32,000 nt of DNA from Haloquadratum walsbyi C23 (GCF_000237865.1 NC_017459.1:1350001-1382000), one strand, 5' to 3'. Positions 1 to 9,180 are shown, counted from the first letter of the stretch. Numbers and translations are program-made. The notes: a model not told the origin generated them from the sequence alone.

Positions 1-2
1 AT

Positions 3-551
3 ACTGTTGAGTTCAGTGTGGATGGGTATGAGTCTCCTGACGAACTTGCGCAAGACTTTGATCAGCAGGTGGAGGCAGAGGTCCCGAATCTGCGTGAAAC
101 ACAGGATCGTGAGCAGTTCCGTGGGCGTGGTGAGCGACGGAATCCAGTGGTGTACCTCCGCTTGACTGGGCTATTGGAGTTCAGTCGCAGTCGGTTGGAT
201 ATGGATGTGCTCAAAGGAAGTATTGAAGAGCGCATGGATCCGATTCACATCGAACCGAATGACGCCATGGAGACTCGAGATGCGATTTCTGTTCTTGAGA
301 ATATTGATGATGGAAAGGATGCTGTAACGGATGAGTACGGTCAGATTGACCGTGATAAACTGGAACGTCGGGTATTTGAGCAGCTGGTGGATGGGCACCC
401 GAAGTTTGGGGACTGTCCTGAGGAGATCGCTTCGGTGTTGCAGTCAGTCAAGCGACGGCATCTGGCAGGGGAACCGATTGATGCGGTATCGGATATGATT
501 CAAGAGGAGCGGCGTGAGCTATTTTCCGTCGAGGGAGGTGATTCGGCATGA
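3..551 (+). CDS. Acidic protein, 5'-partial (frame open to the window edge). Possibly the C-terminal part of an Mre11/SbcD-type partner of the downstream Rad50-like ATPase.
   Basis: The reading frame is open from nt 3, so the listed GTG at 18 is not a reliable start. The TGA at 549-551 overlaps the next ATG (ATGA). The protein is D/E-rich. The segment NPVVYLRLTGLLEFSRSRLDMDVLKGSIEE resembles the strand-rich region that follows the phosphoesterase fold in archaeal Mre11. No metallophosphatase motif lies inside the window. Confidence 0.5.
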   Translation, partial: TVEFSVDGYESPDELAQDFDQQVEAEVPNLRETQDREQFRGRGERRNPVVYLRLTGLLEFSRSRLDMDVLKGSIEERMDPIHIEPNDAMETRDAISVLENIDDGKDAVTDEYGQIDRDKLERRVFEQLVDGHPKFGDCPEEIASVLQSVKRRHLAGEPIDAVSDMIQEERRELFSVEGGDSA

Positions 552-3265
552 AGATTGAATCTATTGAACTTTCCAATATCAAAAGCTATGATGATAGTCG
601 CACGAATGTCGAGTTGACTGATGGTGTTAATGCGGTGATTGGTGAGAATGGAGCAGGGAAGTCGACTGTTCAGCAGGCGATTGGGTTTGCGTTATTTGAT
701 CATCTCCGGGTGTCCAGCCAGGGCGATTTCGTGCGGAATGGTGAGTCGTCTGGTTGTGTTCGGGTGACGTTTGTCTCGAATGAGGATGGACACCGATACA
801 CCGTGGAGCGCCATGCTGGTCGTTCTAAACACCGGGTTATTGATTCGGAGACTGGCAAATTGTTGGATGGTCTGAGTGGTAAGAGCGAGCGGATTAGATG
901 GCTGAAGGAGCATCTTGGGGTGCCACAGAACACTGATCTAGATACAGTCTGGAAATCGAGTGTTGGGGTACCGCAGAACAAGTTTGCTGAGGATTTTGCG
1001 AAGACGCCGGCAAATCGTGAAAGTGTATTTGATCCGTTGCTTGACTTGGATGTCTACGATAATATTTCTAGCTCCAGTGATTCCCGCCCGGACCTGTTGG
1101 AAGCAAAGCGTGAACTTGAGGATGAGTTGGATGAACTGGAGAGAGATATCGAAGCATTAGACGAGGAGGTTTCTGACCTGGATGAGTTAGTGGAGACACA
1201 CGACGAACTGAAGCACAAAATCAGGAAACTGGGCGAGGAAATTGATGAGAAGGAACGAGAACTGGACGACTTAGAGGGACGTAAGGACGCCCTTGATGAT
1301 CTAAAACAGAGGGTTGATGAGCTGTCGAACGACCAACAACTTCTCAGCGGAAAGATAGATACCAAGGAGAGTGCTCTGGATGATGTCGAGAAGGCGTTGG
1401 AGGAGGCTCGGAACGCCCGTGATCGACTCGATGAGCTTCAGGAGCAGTATGACGAGTACCAAAAGAAGGATGAAAGGCTGGATGAGTTGGAGGAAGACGT
1501 TGAGGAACGTGACGAACTAAACCAGGACCTAGAGGATGTGAATCGGAAAATAACAGGTCAGAAGCAGAAGGTCGAATCAATTGCAGCTGATGTTGAGAAG
1601 GCCGAAGATGCGCAAAGACGGATGGAGAAACTGGAGTCAGAAAAGAAGCGGCAGGAAGACCTAGAAGAGCAGCTTGACTCAATTGAGTCAGCTGAGGACG
1701 AGATCCAAGAACTCAGCGACGAGATTGATAATGTCGAGTCCAATCTTGAGTCGATGAGAGAGGACCTGGGTGAGACCATGATAAAAATCGAGCAAATACG
1801 GGCGTTAGAGAACACAGCTAACAGACTCGATGAGTTGGAAGAAAGAGAGCGCAAGCTCCTCAATGAGCAGTCCGGTCACGAGATCCGTATTGATGACCTA
1901 GAGGAGTCAATTCAGGCGTTACAGGAGGCTGATGAACCGGTGTGTCCGACCTGTGGGCAGGAACTGACCGAGACAGAAAGAGAAAATGAAATTGAGGAAC
2001 GAACTGAGGAAATCGCCTCTCTCCAGTCGGATATCGATAAAATCAAGAATGAACTTGGAGATCTTGAGAGTGAAATCAGGGAGGCTGAAGAGGCTCAAGA
2101 GCAGGTTCAGCGTCTCGGGGATCTTGAGAACCAGCGCACAAATCAGCGACAGCAGGTCAAACAATTGAAATCCGACAGGGAAGGTTTCAAACGAGACCGG
2201 CGTGAGCTCCGTTCGGAGGTACAAAAACGCAGTGAGGTAGAGAGCCAATTAGCCGAGCTCGGAGACCCGAAGTCGAAGTACAGCCAGGCGGAAGGTGTGT
2301 ATAAGGCAAACAAGGATGCTGCCGACCAGCTTGATTCGGAACGTGCGGCGCTTGATGATCTGAAGCGCTCAAGAAAAGAGATCAAAGATGAGTTACAGAA
2401 GTTCGATGGCTTGACCGAGGAGATTGAAACTTTGGAGAAGCGACTCGATGAACTGTCCGGGGCTCGCGATGAGTACATTCAAAAGAAGGATCTCGCCGGG
2501 AGGATCGAGGAACGTAAAGACGAGTACGATACGATTAACGAGACGGTTGAGTCGTTACAGGAGGATCTTAAAGAGGTTGAAGAGAAACTGTCTGAGAAAC
2601 AAGCACAATATGACTCCGACGAGCATGAGGAGGTATCAAACCGGATTAGCTCGCTCAGTAAAAAGATTGGAAATATGAACGGGAAGTTGGATGGATTCAA
2701 AGATAAAGAGCAGGATCTTCAAGAAGAGATCAGCGAGTTACGCAAAAAGGCTGAGACACTGGATGATCTTGAGACAGAGGCCTCCGAATTACGTCGCGAT
2801 ATATCGTTCACGGAGTTCCTGCGTGACACGGTTGAGGATGCCGGTGATCAGATGGCGGAAGTTCTAATTCAGGAGATATCAAGTGAGGCAGATAAACTGT
2901 TCCGGGATCTCCGTGGAAAGCCCTCCGAAGAACTTGCGTGGAAGAACGATTATCAAGTCATAGTTACCGAGAATGGGGAGAAAAAGAAGTTCGAAAAGCT
3001 CTCAGGCGGGGAGAAAATGAGTGCTGCGTTGGCGGTTCGGCTGGCGATTTTAAAGACTCTGAGCGATGTGGATATTGTGTTCTTGGATGAGCCGACAGCT
3101 AATCTGGATGAGGAAAAGCGTGGAAACCTTGTTGATCAAATTCGAAGCCTCGAAGGATTTGAGCAACTGACTGTGGTGAGTCATAACGACACGTTTGAAA
3201 GCCTGACTGAGAATGCGATTTCGCTAGAGAAGGAGGATGGCGCGACGAGAGTGGTGAGCCAGTAA
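548..3265 (+). CDS. rad50: Rad50/SbcC-family SMC-like ATPase with a central CxxC zinc hook (905 aa)
   Basis: Walker A GENGAGKST is at 641-667 and a Q-loop-like GVPQNKF follows. A very long E/D/K/L-rich coiled coil carries CPTC (1943-1954) at its midpoint. The ABC signature LSGGE is at 2999-3013, Walker B IVFLDE at 3074-3091, and an H-loop-like VVSHN lies near the C-terminus. Both ends overlap neighbouring genes. Confidence 0.85.
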   Translation: MKIESIELSNIKSYDDSRTNVELTDGVNAVIGENGAGKSTVQQAIGFALFDHLRVSSQGDFVRNGESSGCVRVTFVSNEDGHRYTVERHAGRSKHRVIDSETGKLLDGLSGKSERIRWLKEHLGVPQNTDLDTVWKSSVGVPQNKFAEDFAKTPANRESVFDPLLDLDVYDNISSSSDSRPDLLEAKRELEDELDELERDIEALDEEVSDLDELVETHDELKHKIRKLGEEIDEKERELDDLEGRKDALDDLKQRVDELSNDQQLLSGKIDTKESALDDVEKALEEARNARDRLDELQEQYDEYQKKDERLDELEEDVEERDELNQDLEDVNRKITGQKQKVESIAADVEKAEDAQRRMEKLESEKKRQEDLEEQLDSIESAEDEIQELSDEIDNVESNLESMREDLGETMIKIEQIRALENTANRLDELEERERKLLNEQSGHEIRIDDLEESIQALQEADEPVCPTCGQELTETERENEIEERTEEIASLQSDIDKIKNELGDLESEIREAEEAQEQVQRLGDLENQRTNQRQQVKQLKSDREGFKRDRRELRSEVQKRSEVESQLAELGDPKSKYSQAEGVYKANKDAADQLDSERAALDDLKRSRKEIKDELQKFDGLTEEIETLEKRLDELSGARDEYIQKKDLAGRIEERKDEYDTINETVESLQEDLKEVEEKLSEKQAQYDSDEHEEVSNRISSLSKKIGNMNGKLDGFKDKEQDLQEEISELRKKAETLDDLETEASELRRDISFTEFLRDTVEDAGDQMAEVLIQEISSEADKLFRDLRGKPSEELAWKNDYQVIVTENGEKKKFEKLSGGEKMSAALAVRLAILKTLSDVDIVFLDEPTANLDEEKRGNLVDQIRSLEGFEQLTVVSHNDTFESLTENAISLEKEDGATRVVSQ

Positions 3266-4476
3266 TGCCGTTGTATGATAGAGAGCTCGTTAGCAAGCTT
3301 GAGGATCAAGCAGAGGATTTCAAAGTACCTGAGGAGCGTAAGCAGTCGGTCAGAGAATACAGAGATGCGTTTGATAACGTTTCGTCGAACTACTCGAAAG
3401 AGGAAGTACAAGAGGCGTTATCGGAGGACGAATTCCCAGGTGCGCTGCCGACTGATGAATTCGATAAGGTCTCTGGTTTCTCGGTCGATTTCGACCAGTC
3501 GTGGAGCAGCCACGAGGAGGTGAATGTATGGGCGGTTGACGTGTTGGAAGATCGGGTTATGATCGCGGCGGATGGCTCCCAGATCGAGCCGATAGATGAA
3601 TTTGATCAACCAGTCGGACTGGCACAGGCGGTCTGGCTCATTAACCGGCATAAGCGAGGGAAGGATTACACCCGTGATGTGGACATGGAAGTATTGACTC
3701 CGGAGGATCTACTGTATAAGGATCCGAACACTGGATATGTGCAGGTGGATGAGCAAGAGGTCTCCGTCTCACGTTTTGAACTGGAGATGAAGGTGCTGTG
3801 TGAGCGGATTGAGGAGTACGCTGATGCGGAGAGACCGCCTGTCGTGATGTACGATGGGTCTCTGGAGATTTCATTCATCCAGACTTTCGACCAGAATACC
3901 CAGGAAAGGTATGCTAAGGCGATGTCACGACTGCTAGCGGCAAGCAGGCACCACGAAGTGCCGGTTATCGGATTTACCTCCGGGTCGAAGGGTCGCGACT
4001 TGGCTGTGATGTTAGAGCACTTGAACGAGGTAGATGCCCCTCAGAAGGTCCGTGATTTCCGCGTGCTGCTTCAGGAACTCGGGAACTGGGGTGACCGGTC
4101 GGTCCTGTTCCAGACTCAAAGAGGATCGACAATGAACCGGCTGTCGACAAGTTATCATGGCGGTGAGTATGACTTCTCCGACCGATTGCTGTTTACATAT
4201 CTGAACACCGGATCAGGGCAGTCTTTGGATCGGGTTGGAATTCCGAAGTGGGTTCACGAAGAGGAAATGGTCGATGAGGTATTGTCCACGGTTCGGGCAC
4301 AGGCAGCGGTCGGTCGAGGGTTCCCAGAGATTCTCTCTGCGGCGGACGCGGATGCAGTGATTAGTAACACGGATCGAGATAGGTTTCTTGAAATAATGCA
4401 GACGTTTTCCGAAGCGAATGACATTGATATTCGCTGGGTCGATAAGGCATTAAACAAGAGACGGAGGAGGCGGTAA
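3265..4476 (+). CDS. nurA: NurA-like nuclease domain protein (403 aa) with a polybasic C-terminal tail
   Basis: The ATG overlaps the rad50-like stop (TAATG). Two DGS motifs, AADGSQIEP (3571-3579) and VVMYDGSLE (3853-3861), are arranged as in the NurA family. The C-terminus is KRRRRR. Its position next to a HerA-like gene supports the call. The assignment rests on motifs only. Confidence 0.6.
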   Translation: MPLYDRELVSKLEDQAEDFKVPEERKQSVREYRDAFDNVSSNYSKEEVQEALSEDEFPGALPTDEFDKVSGFSVDFDQSWSSHEEVNVWAVDVLEDRVMIAADGSQIEPIDEFDQPVGLAQAVWLINRHKRGKDYTRDVDMEVLTPEDLLYKDPNTGYVQVDEQEVSVSRFELEMKVLCERIEEYADAERPPVVMYDGSLEISFIQTFDQNTQERYAKAMSRLLAASRHHEVPVIGFTSGSKGRDLAVMLEHLNEVDAPQKVRDFRVLLQELGNWGDRSVLFQTQRGSTMNRLSTSYHGGEYDFSDRLLFTYLNTGSGQSLDRVGIPKWVHEEEMVDEVLSTVRAQAAVGRGFPEILSAADADAVISNTDRDRFLEIMQTFSEANDIDIRWVDKALNKRRRRR

Positions 4477-4479
4477 TAC

Positions 4480-5106
4480 ATGGTAAACAAATCTAACGTA
4501 GAGGTTGGACAGGTAATCAGGTCAAACTCTCACATCGATTATGTCTGTGAGGTCTACGCAGATGTCGACCGTAAAAACTCACCGGGTCCAAAGGACTACG
4601 AGTTTGGTCAGTTCGTATACGCTACAAAGAGGGTCGCCGGTGAAGCCCGGGTGTTTGTTGGAGTGATCTATGACACTATCCTGGTGGATCCTGAGCAGGG
4701 ACGCTCGGGACCAAGTCTGGCGCAACCTGACAAACAGGAGGTATTCAATCCAAGCTATGTGGAGGAGAAGCAGGTATTGACGGGGATTGTCTTGCTCGGT
4801 CATGCCAGCGTTAAGGACGGTGACTTGGTGGACATCAGTCACACAATTCCCAAACAGTCGCTGGAGATAGATGATGTGTTCAAGAAGCTCTCAAAGAAGG
4901 ATTTCAAAGGGTTTCACCGGTTCAACGGCGGGGTTCAATTACAGTACTATCAGCGGGTCTTAGATGTGGCAGGTGGATTCGCTGAGGATATTCTCTCGCA
5001 GATCTTAGATCGTTTGAAGCGGTCGTTCGGCGATGAAAGGGAGGCGTTGGATGTAATCCAGCGTAATCTTGAGTGGGAGACAAAGATGCGGGGTGTTGAG
5101 AGATGA
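4480..5106 (+). CDS. Hypothetical protein (208 aa), operon member between the nurA-like and herA-like genes
   Basis: The ATG lies 3 nt after the upstream stop, and its TGA overlaps the herA-like ATG (ATGA at 5103-5106). Composition matches the flanking genes. I recognise no catalytic motif. The N-terminus resembles a small barrel (see findings). Confidence 0.6.
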   Translation: MVNKSNVEVGQVIRSNSHIDYVCEVYADVDRKNSPGPKDYEFGQFVYATKRVAGEARVFVGVIYDTILVDPEQGRSGPSLAQPDKQEVFNPSYVEEKQVLTGIVLLGHASVKDGDLVDISHTIPKQSLEIDDVFKKLSKKDFKGFHRFNGGVQLQYYQRVLDVAGGFAEDILSQILDRLKRSFGDEREALDVIQRNLEWETKMRGVER

Positions 5107-6716
5107 CTGTCGGCATTGTATCGGGTCCGGGGGAGACTGCTAACGAGTTTGTGTTCGTGACGCCAGATAGCACCGAGATCAAGACCGGTGAGTTCGTCTA
5201 TTATCGAAGCAAAGTCACAGTTGAGACGGAGGAGGGTGTGGTAGAAGAGTATCGAGATATCTATGCTCGGGTTACGGGTCGTGAGCAGGAGCGTGGGTAT
5301 CCGAATCAGTTCATGGCAAATCCGGATGTTGCGCCAGATGCGGTGGCCTCAAAGCTGGGGATTGCGTCTGAGGGTGTTGATCTGTATCGGGTGACTGCGA
5401 GTATTATCGGATACTTTGATAGGCAGATGGGTGACTTTGCGAATCCGCGGGTGGTACCGAATCCTGGTAAGGAGGTGCGGATGGCGGATGCGGATGAGTT
5501 GGAATCTGTTTTAACAGATGTGGATCCTGCGAGCGAGGGTTCGGCACATATCGGCGAGCTTCTGCATCGAGATCCTGGGGAGGTTGATGTTCACCTCCCG
5601 GTAGATAGTTTTGCAGCAACACACCTGTCGATCTTGGCTTCTACGGGCAGCGGAAAATCGTATACTGCCTCTGTGTTGATTGAGGAGATGATGAAGCCGG
5701 ATTCCCGTGCCGCGGTCTTGGTGTTGGATCCACATGGGGAGTATGGCACGCTGCAGCAGATGCAGGGTATTGATGAATTTGAGTCGGGCGGGTATTCGCC
5801 TGATGTCGAGATCAAAGGATCGGATGACCTGAAGATCAGAATCTCTGAATTAAGTTTCACCGATTTGATGTCTGTTCTTTCTAATCCGTCTGATGCGCAG
5901 GAGGCGGCGTTGAGAGGGGCCTGGAATAGCTTAGATGATGAGATATATTTGTCGGCGCAGAACATTATCGACCAGATTGGCGATGATGTAAACGATAGCG
6001 TGGTCGACGCCTTAAAATGGCGGCTGCGTTCGGCGTTGGGTCGGGATGTTTTCGATGAGAGCCAGAATGTTCCGCTGACAGATATCTTGGCGCCGGGGCA
6101 GTGTAGCGTGCTTCAAATGGATGGGATGGGCTTGATTGATCAGCGGATGATTGCGACGGTGTTGTTACGCCGGATCAACGAGGAGCGGATGCTCCATGAG
6201 AAAGGAGACGAAGACAGTGACCTCGACTTCCCAGTATTCATTCTGTTGGAGGAGGGGCACCGTTTTGCGCCGGCGGACGGTGAGGCGCGTTCCCGGGGGA
6301 TTTTAAGCACGATTTTGAGTGAGGGTCGGAAGTTTGGAATCGGTGTCGGGATTATCAGTCAGCGCCCGAGCAAGATCGATGACGATGTCCTCTCGCAGTG
6401 CAAGTCTCAGGTCATCATGGAGATTCAGAACCCGAACGACCAGGATGCGGTCAAGAGAGGTGTCGAAGATGTGGGTGAGGATCTGTTGTCGGAGCTCCCG
6501 GGTTTGACGCCGGGGCAGGCGGTGATCGCAGGTGATACGGTGAACACGCCGTTCATGGCAGATATTAGGGCACGTACGACGTCTCATGGTGCGGAGTCAC
6601 TTGATGCGACAGAGGAGTGGTCAAAGGCGTGGCAACAGAGGAACAGCGAACCGGAAGGGCGGCGGGATGCCGATGATGAGGAAGGGATTCAGAATCGGGA
6701 TATACCGCTGGACTGA
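5103..6716 (+). CDS. herA: HerA/FtsK-like (DUF87-type) hexameric ATPase/helicase (537 aa)
   Basis: The N-terminus is barrel-like (VGIVSGPGETANEFVFV...GEFVYY). Walker A ASTGSGKS is at 5637-5660 and Walker B FILLEEGH at 6237-6260. The block RKFGIGVGIISQRPSKIDDDVLSQCKSQVIMEIQNPNDQ is typical of HerA-family C-terminal halves. Confidence 0.85.
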   Translation: MTVGIVSGPGETANEFVFVTPDSTEIKTGEFVYYRSKVTVETEEGVVEEYRDIYARVTGREQERGYPNQFMANPDVAPDAVASKLGIASEGVDLYRVTASIIGYFDRQMGDFANPRVVPNPGKEVRMADADELESVLTDVDPASEGSAHIGELLHRDPGEVDVHLPVDSFAATHLSILASTGSGKSYTASVLIEEMMKPDSRAAVLVLDPHGEYGTLQQMQGIDEFESGGYSPDVEIKGSDDLKIRISELSFTDLMSVLSNPSDAQEAALRGAWNSLDDEIYLSAQNIIDQIGDDVNDSVVDALKWRLRSALGRDVFDESQNVPLTDILAPGQCSVLQMDGMGLIDQRMIATVLLRRINEERMLHEKGDEDSDLDFPVFILLEEGHRFAPADGEARSRGILSTILSEGRKFGIGVGIISQRPSKIDDDVLSQCKSQVIMEIQNPNDQDAVKRGVEDVGEDLLSELPGLTPGQAVIAGDTVNTPFMADIRARTTSHGAESLDATEEWSKAWQQRNSEPEGRRDADDEEGIQNRDIPLD

Positions 6717-7274
6717 AAGACACCGCGCCGAGAGCAGGATTGTTAGCTACCCCTTCCTCCTCCCGCTCCTGATCTATCTTGGCTGACCCAAATAACATTG
6801 TCTCTAGTTCGTCGTGAGGAGTCCAGATAGCCGCAATACCAGTTACCTGATGTCAAATTGAGCGAGACCAGATACATATAAAGTCATATATTCAACTCTC
6901 CGGTATCAAATCACCCAGCGAGTTTAGATCTCATAAACTTCGACGTATCTCAACTAAACTCTTGAAGATGACATTACAATACATTGGTATTTTACTTTCC
7001 AAATAATAGGAATACCAGTCGTCAGAGTCGATATAATCAGTATTTCATTCTGTGTCTATTCTTGCTGTCAAGAGAAAATGAATATATTCTATCAATTAGT
7101 AGAATTTGGACAGTTAAGTATGAATCTCCTAGTAAGAAATGTAAATTTGGCTGAAATATTATGCAATATAGTAACCATATATTTCAATTCGTGATACTTA
7201 TTGAATTTATAACTATATCATCAAAATGTGATAACAACTGTACCCCCATTACACTCCCAGTTACTCTATTTTGA

Positions 7275-7745
7275 TTAATCATTATTGATTTTGCCATCAG
7301 TAGGGTCAAAAAACGGTTCATCAATGATCGGGCTCCATTCTTCGAGATTAGTGTTTACCAGGTTGGCACCAGACAGATCAGCATCGGAGAGGATAGCATT
7401 GAAAACGGAGGAATCAAAGAGGTCTGCACAAGAGAGGTTCTCATCAGAAAGGTCAATTGCGATTAGACAAGCACCAGAGAGGTCTGCATCAGAGAAGTCA
7501 CCCCCATCGAGGGTGGCCTCTGGAACGATATCTTTCGACGAGATATGCTGGTCATTAGGGATTGTGTACTCAAACCGGGCATCCGCGAGCCGAACATCCT
7601 CCACGTCGTCCGGAAGAGAAGCCCCTGTAAGGCTATCCCGTGTAAGATCGACACGAGAAAGTGTCTGGATCCGAATATATTCAACCGACCAGATCCAAAC
7701 TGCTACTCTCGCGTCGGATATAAAAGACGTAGCGGAAGAAGTCAT
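7275..7745 (-). CDS. Pentapeptide-repeat protein (156 aa)
   Basis: Tandem A(D/N)LXX-type pentapeptides are present, including ADLSGACLIAIDLSDENLSCADLFDSSVFNAILSDADLSGANLVNTNL. Confidence 0.8.
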   Translation of the reverse strand: MTSSATSFISDARVAVWIWSVEYIRIQTLSRVDLTRDSLTGASLPDDVEDVRLADARFEYTIPNDQHISSKDIVPEATLDGGDFSDADLSGACLIAIDLSDENLSCADLFDSSVFNAILSDADLSGANLVNTNLEEWSPIIDEPFFDPTDGKINND

Positions 7746-7862
7746 TACCCCGCTTCCATTGCCGGGCGTCGAGTGGAACCCCCGACAATATCTGGCTTGT
7801 CGTCATCTTCGTCTGTGTCAACGAAACCTCGACCTGGGAAACTTGCAGCGATACTGTCTTGA

Positions 7863-8210
7863 CTTGGCTACAAACATGACCAGTACTGGCTTGAGTTCAT
7901 TGTGAAGCGTCTAGTTGGACGCCTTGCTATGATGGTTCTCGACCGGTCAGGGTTGAGAATCGTCTCTATCGACTTCATTGACAACCCCTATTACGGCGAT
8001 TACTATGCTGATGAAGGCGAACTCTGCCCGATGACCCCGGAGGACGGAACAATCACCTGCCACCAGTATTGTACAGCGTACGTCGTCTCCAGCGGAAAGC
8101 CGGTAACCCTATCGATGACCTCCGTCCGCAATGACGAGGACGAGGCTAACGCGGGCAAGCGCGTGCTCGCCCGCGTCAAGAAGTTTAACTCCGATGTTTG
8201 TTACTTCTAA
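7863..8210 (+). pseudogene. Internal fragment of an ISH3-family transposase gene
   Basis: The translation ...VSIDFIDNPYYGDYYADEGELCPMTPEDGTITCHQYCTAYVVSSGKPVTLSMTSVRNDEDEA follows the DLxLxPYYGD...H.Y.T.Y pattern of ISH3-type transposases. Only about 115 aa remain and both ends are truncated. I saw no terminal inverted repeats. Confidence 0.6.
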
Positions 8211-8218
8211 CCAGAGCC

Positions 8219-8557
8219 TCAGACGATATCCGGCGTCAGCGGATAGCTGTAGATTTCATTGTTATTTGCTTTTACTGTGGCGATAAGAACGAAGATGAGG
8301 TCAATCACGCCAATCAGGGGAAGTAGGAATAACCCGATAATAAGAAGGATTAGAACTGCTGCGATCAATGTCAATACAAGTATCATTATTTGAAAATTAA
8401 TTGCATTTTTTGCATTTTCGCGGACCAATTCGTCGTCATCGTCGCAAAGTATCAGAAACAGGATTGGGCCAAAAAATGATGCAATGAGTGCTGACGCGTG
8501 GGCTAATGCTGCAAGGGTGGTGTCGCCGTCCGCGCGGGAGTTCATATGTAATATCAC
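8219..8557 (-). CDS. Small integral membrane protein (DUF4870-like, about 3 TM)
   Basis: The pattern ALAHASALIASFFGPILFLIL...ENAKNAINFQIMILVLTLIAAVLILLIIGLFLLPLIGVIDLIF consists of hydrophobic helices arranged as in the DUF4870 family. Confidence 0.6.
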   Translation of the reverse strand: MILHMNSRADGDTTLAALAHASALIASFFGPILFLILCDDDDELVRENAKNAINFQIMILVLTLIAAVLILLIIGLFLLPLIGVIDLIFVLIATVKANNNEIYSYPLTPDIV

Positions 8558-8835
8558 TTATAGCTACCAGATAAAATATTCGGCATGCGGTAATACAGAA
8601 CTGTTTTACTGTGACTCTGCAGATTTTGATTTGGTTGTTAATACATGAGCGGTCGTCTCTCTCATTTAATTTGCGATGCTACGCGACTTGCATGATCAGA
8701 CATGGCTCTTACCGAAGATAGTGAAACAGCGATATCTGTCTCGAAGCTGGGAGGTCGAACTGTGCAAGACATAGAGATGACACTCAGCAATCTTGATCTC
8801 TGAACGAAGCAGTTCTACCTCGTTGTATATCGCCA

Positions 8836-9180
8836 CTAAAAGGCATATATTCCAAGCATACCTCCAACCGCAATACCAACAATTGCCTTGAGAATCTCTT
8901 GCCAGCTGGATCTACTGAGACCATACCAAATGAGTCCAATCGGAATGACTGCCAAGATTTCATAACCCCATGAAGGGATCTGACTTGCATCAACCATTGA
9001 GTTCATCGAAAAATACAAACCCATTGCAACAACGCCAACGAAGAACGCACTAATACGATTCCACTGAAAATGTGACCAGCGGAGACCATTGCTTGGAGGG
9101 CTATTACCGATGATATCTCGTTTAGAGGGCACGATCTGTATAGGATGATTTGAGACAAGAACGTGTGAAAATTGTGCCAT
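8836..9180 (-). CDS. Putative small membrane protein (114 aa)
   Basis: Three hydrophobic stretches are present (ISAFFVGVVAMGLYF, ILAVIPIGLIWYGL, AIVGIAVGGMLGIYAF). There are no recognisable motifs. Confidence 0.35.
   Translation of the reverse strand: MAQFSHVLVSNHPIQIVPSKRDIIGNSPPSNGLRWSHFQWNRISAFFVGVVAMGLYFSMNSMVDASQIPSWGYEILAVIPIGLIWYGLSRSSWQEILKAIVGIAVGGMLGIYAF

Noticed and set aside
1054-2700. A series of 100-110-aa minus-strand ORFs inside the rad50-like gene (for example 1054-1365, 1558-1863, 2143-2478, 2479-2700)
   Set aside because: They are Ser/Leu/Phe-rich mirror images of the GAN/AAG-rich coiled-coil codons on the + strand. They have no motifs and lie fully inside a well-supported gene.
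7285-7905. 206-aa + strand ORF opposite the pentapeptide-repeat gene
   Set aside because: It is Ser/Arg-rich and non-acidic. The minus strand gives a clean pentapeptide-repeat protein, so this is a shadow ORF. Only its extreme 3' end touches the ISH3 fragment region.
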